Assembly (NCBI RefSeq): GCF_009914755.1
Contig: NC_060934.1
Length of the DNA: 64,000 nucleotides
Direction: 5' to 3' (one strand)
Source: the human T2T-CHM13v2.0 reference genome, Homo sapiens
In this document: positions 61,405 through 64,000 of the stretch, one piece after another
How the letters are laid out: each line of letters opens with the position of its first letter
Numbering within the stretch: the stretch's first letter is position 1
The notes under the pieces: generated by a model
Databases searched by the model: none
What the model was told of the DNA's origin: nothing
What the model saw: the letters and a program-made list of their open reading frames with translations, nothing else
Program-made: the position numbers and the translations under genes

Positions 61405-61779
61405 AATTTTAGTGAGCTCAGGCTGCCATAACAAAATATGGTGACTGGATGGTTTAAACAACACAAATTTATTTCTCACAGTTCTGGAGGCTGGGAAGTC
61501 CAAGACCAAGGTGCCAGGATAGTCTGTTTCTAGTTAGGACTCTCTTCCTGGTTTGCAGACAGCTACCTTCTCCCCTGTGTCCTTACATGGTGGAGGGAGA
61601 GCTCTGGTGTCTCTTCTTTTTTTATAAAGACACCAGTTCTATTGGATCAGGGCTGTATCCTTATGACTTTGTTTAACCTTAATCACCTCCCTACAGGCCC
61701 TATCTCCAATATGGTCAAATGAGGGGTCAGGGATTCAACATATACATTTGGGATGGGAGACATAATTTAGTCCATAGCA
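61405..61779 (-). mobile_element. MLT1A/MLT1A0 MaLR solo LTR
   Basis: ggctgccataacaaaata..tttatttctcacagttctggaggctgggaagtccaaga..tagtccatagca; 5-bp TSD GCAAC at 61400-61404 / 61780-61784. Confidence 0.9.
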
Positions 61780-62253
61780 GCAACCAAAAGGATGGACTTG
61801 CCATTTACCGAAATGAGAAGTCGAGTGAGAAGCGAGTTTTGAAAGAAAGGGCAAAAGGTCCATGTCGGACATGTTAGGCTTGAGATATCTGTTCATCAAG
61901 CCAGTTGGTTATAAAGTTTGGAATTAAAAGGACAGGTCTTGGCTAAAGGTATGAAATTGGGAGGCATCAGCTCATTGGTGGCCAGGATACTAGAGTAGAT
62001 AACCAGAAGTGGAAAGGACCCAAGGCACCCCGACAGGCAGAGTTTGGGGTGAGGAGGACAGGACAAGAGACATAAAAGGAGCAGCCAGGGACATAGGAAG
62101 AAACCTTTGAGTATGCAGTGTCCCTGCAGCCAAATGAAGATAATTATGTAGGGAAGAGGGAGTGATCAACTGTGCCAAGAGCCCCAGAGAGGTCAAGGAA
62201 GAGGAGGACTGGGAATTGAGTCTTGGATGTAGCCCCATGATGGCCACTGGGGA

Positions 62254-62826
<573 letters not shown>

Positions 62827-63396
62827 TCACCCATCTGAGCCCTCACCATTGTACTCTCTTCCCTGGGTTTTGTGAAGCAGGGAAACTGAATTTAGTCTTT
62901 CCCATAGGATCTTATATCATTTACATCTTGCTTCTGATACAAAACTTCAGTTATAAAATTTTCACTAAATGCCAGAAAATGTTTTCTTTTAAGGGACCTG
63001 TCTTTCATTCAGGGAAAGCATTTTCAAATTCTTCAGCAGACGACTTGAAAGGAGCTTCCTGTCTGACTTCAGAGGCACTCCCAGCCAGGCGCAGCCCTGC
63101 CCTGGGCACAGACTCACTGCCCATCCTCACAGAGGCCCTTTCCTTCCGCACCAAGGGCACCTGCTCTGAAGCTGACCCCGCTGAAGGCTGGGGAACAATC
63201 ACAGGTGTCGTCAGTCAGCATCCAGAAAAACGAGTCGGAGAGGAGAAAGGGCATGTAGGAAATGGAACCAGTCATTCTATTGTCTTTGACTTGGTACATT
63301 TTCCTCTGCCGCTACTCCCATCTTTTGTCTTTTGTGGTTTGTGATACTTTTCTCTTTGTCTCTCGGGAGGCCAAGTTGACTAAAATCATGAAATGG

Positions 63397-63720
63397 GGCT
63401 GGTCACATTGGCTCATGCCTGTAATCCCAGCGCTTTGGGAGACTGAGGTGGAAGGACCACTTGAGCCCAGGAGTTCGAAACCGTGATCATGCCATTGCAC
63501 TCCAGCCAGGGTGACAGAGCCAGGTCCTGTCTCAAAAAAAAAAAAAAAAAAGAAAAAGAAAGAAATTCAATCTAGTCCAAGTCCCTTTCACATCATAGAT
63601 GGGGACTCTTGGGGCCCAGGGAGGTTATCTCACTGCCTCAGTCACTGAGCCTGCTCGTAGAAGAACCGGGTGTAGATCCAGGCTCCTGCCTTCACAGCTT
63701 TATCTGATGCCCCAAACCTG
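63397..63720. mobile_element. Deleted Alu(+) 63397-63565 followed by a MIR(-) fragment
   Basis: Alu arm with A tail; catagatggggact..ggcccagggaggtt is the MIR core. Confidence 0.7.
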
Positions 63721-64000
63721 AATAAACTCAGCAGGGAGCTGGCGGGCTGGTTCTTGAGGGGCTCAGAGGTCACTGCCTAGGTCTGGGGTCACTCCAATGC
63801 CAGGAGCGGCCTGTACCCTCAGCTCACTCAGGGGAACAATTGTGCCATTTATTTTATTTTATGTATTTATTTTTGGAGTGAGGCCTTCCTTTGGGTGGCA
63901 TTTATTAGTAGCACTATTTATCCCGTGTCTACTGCATTGCATGATCTCAAGTGCTTTGCCTAGAGTTTCTCAGTTTTCACCCAAGCTCTGCAAAACTCTA

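Overview
Primate (most likely human or ape) non-coding genomic DNA, intergenic or deep intronic; the locus cannot be named from sequence alone. I find no recognisable protein-coding exon. Almost all listed ORFs are read-throughs of Alu, L1 or simple repeats. By eye there are roughly 90 Alu copies or fragments (about 35-40% of the window; AluJ/FLAM, AluS and three AluY-like). They are layered over old L1 (L1MC1, L1ME, L1MA/MB, HAL1), L2 and MIR relics, several solo LTRs (an ERVK LTR3-like copy with a perfect 6-bp TSD, MSTB, two MLT1A, LTR33, LTR16, an LTR23-like ERV1) and DNA-transposon relics (Tigger2a, MER2, MER63). The only RNA-gene-like feature is a 3'-truncated U6 snRNA retropseudogene (49301-49384). 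I see no evidence of a novel multi-gene system. The best leads are: (i) a repeat-free, CpG-enriched block at about 40.8-41.9 kb with seven CAGCTG E-boxes and a consensus TCF/LEF site (enhancer candidate); (ii) a recursive-splice-site-like motif at 56534-56555; (iii) two unrelated LTRs integrated into the same 5-bp target (60263-61784); (iv) a second orphan CpG-rich block at about 28.9-29.6 kb; (v) several small template-switch or duplication scars in Alus. Repeat subfamily names come from recalled consensus sequences, and boundaries are approximate unless a TSD or TIR is cited.
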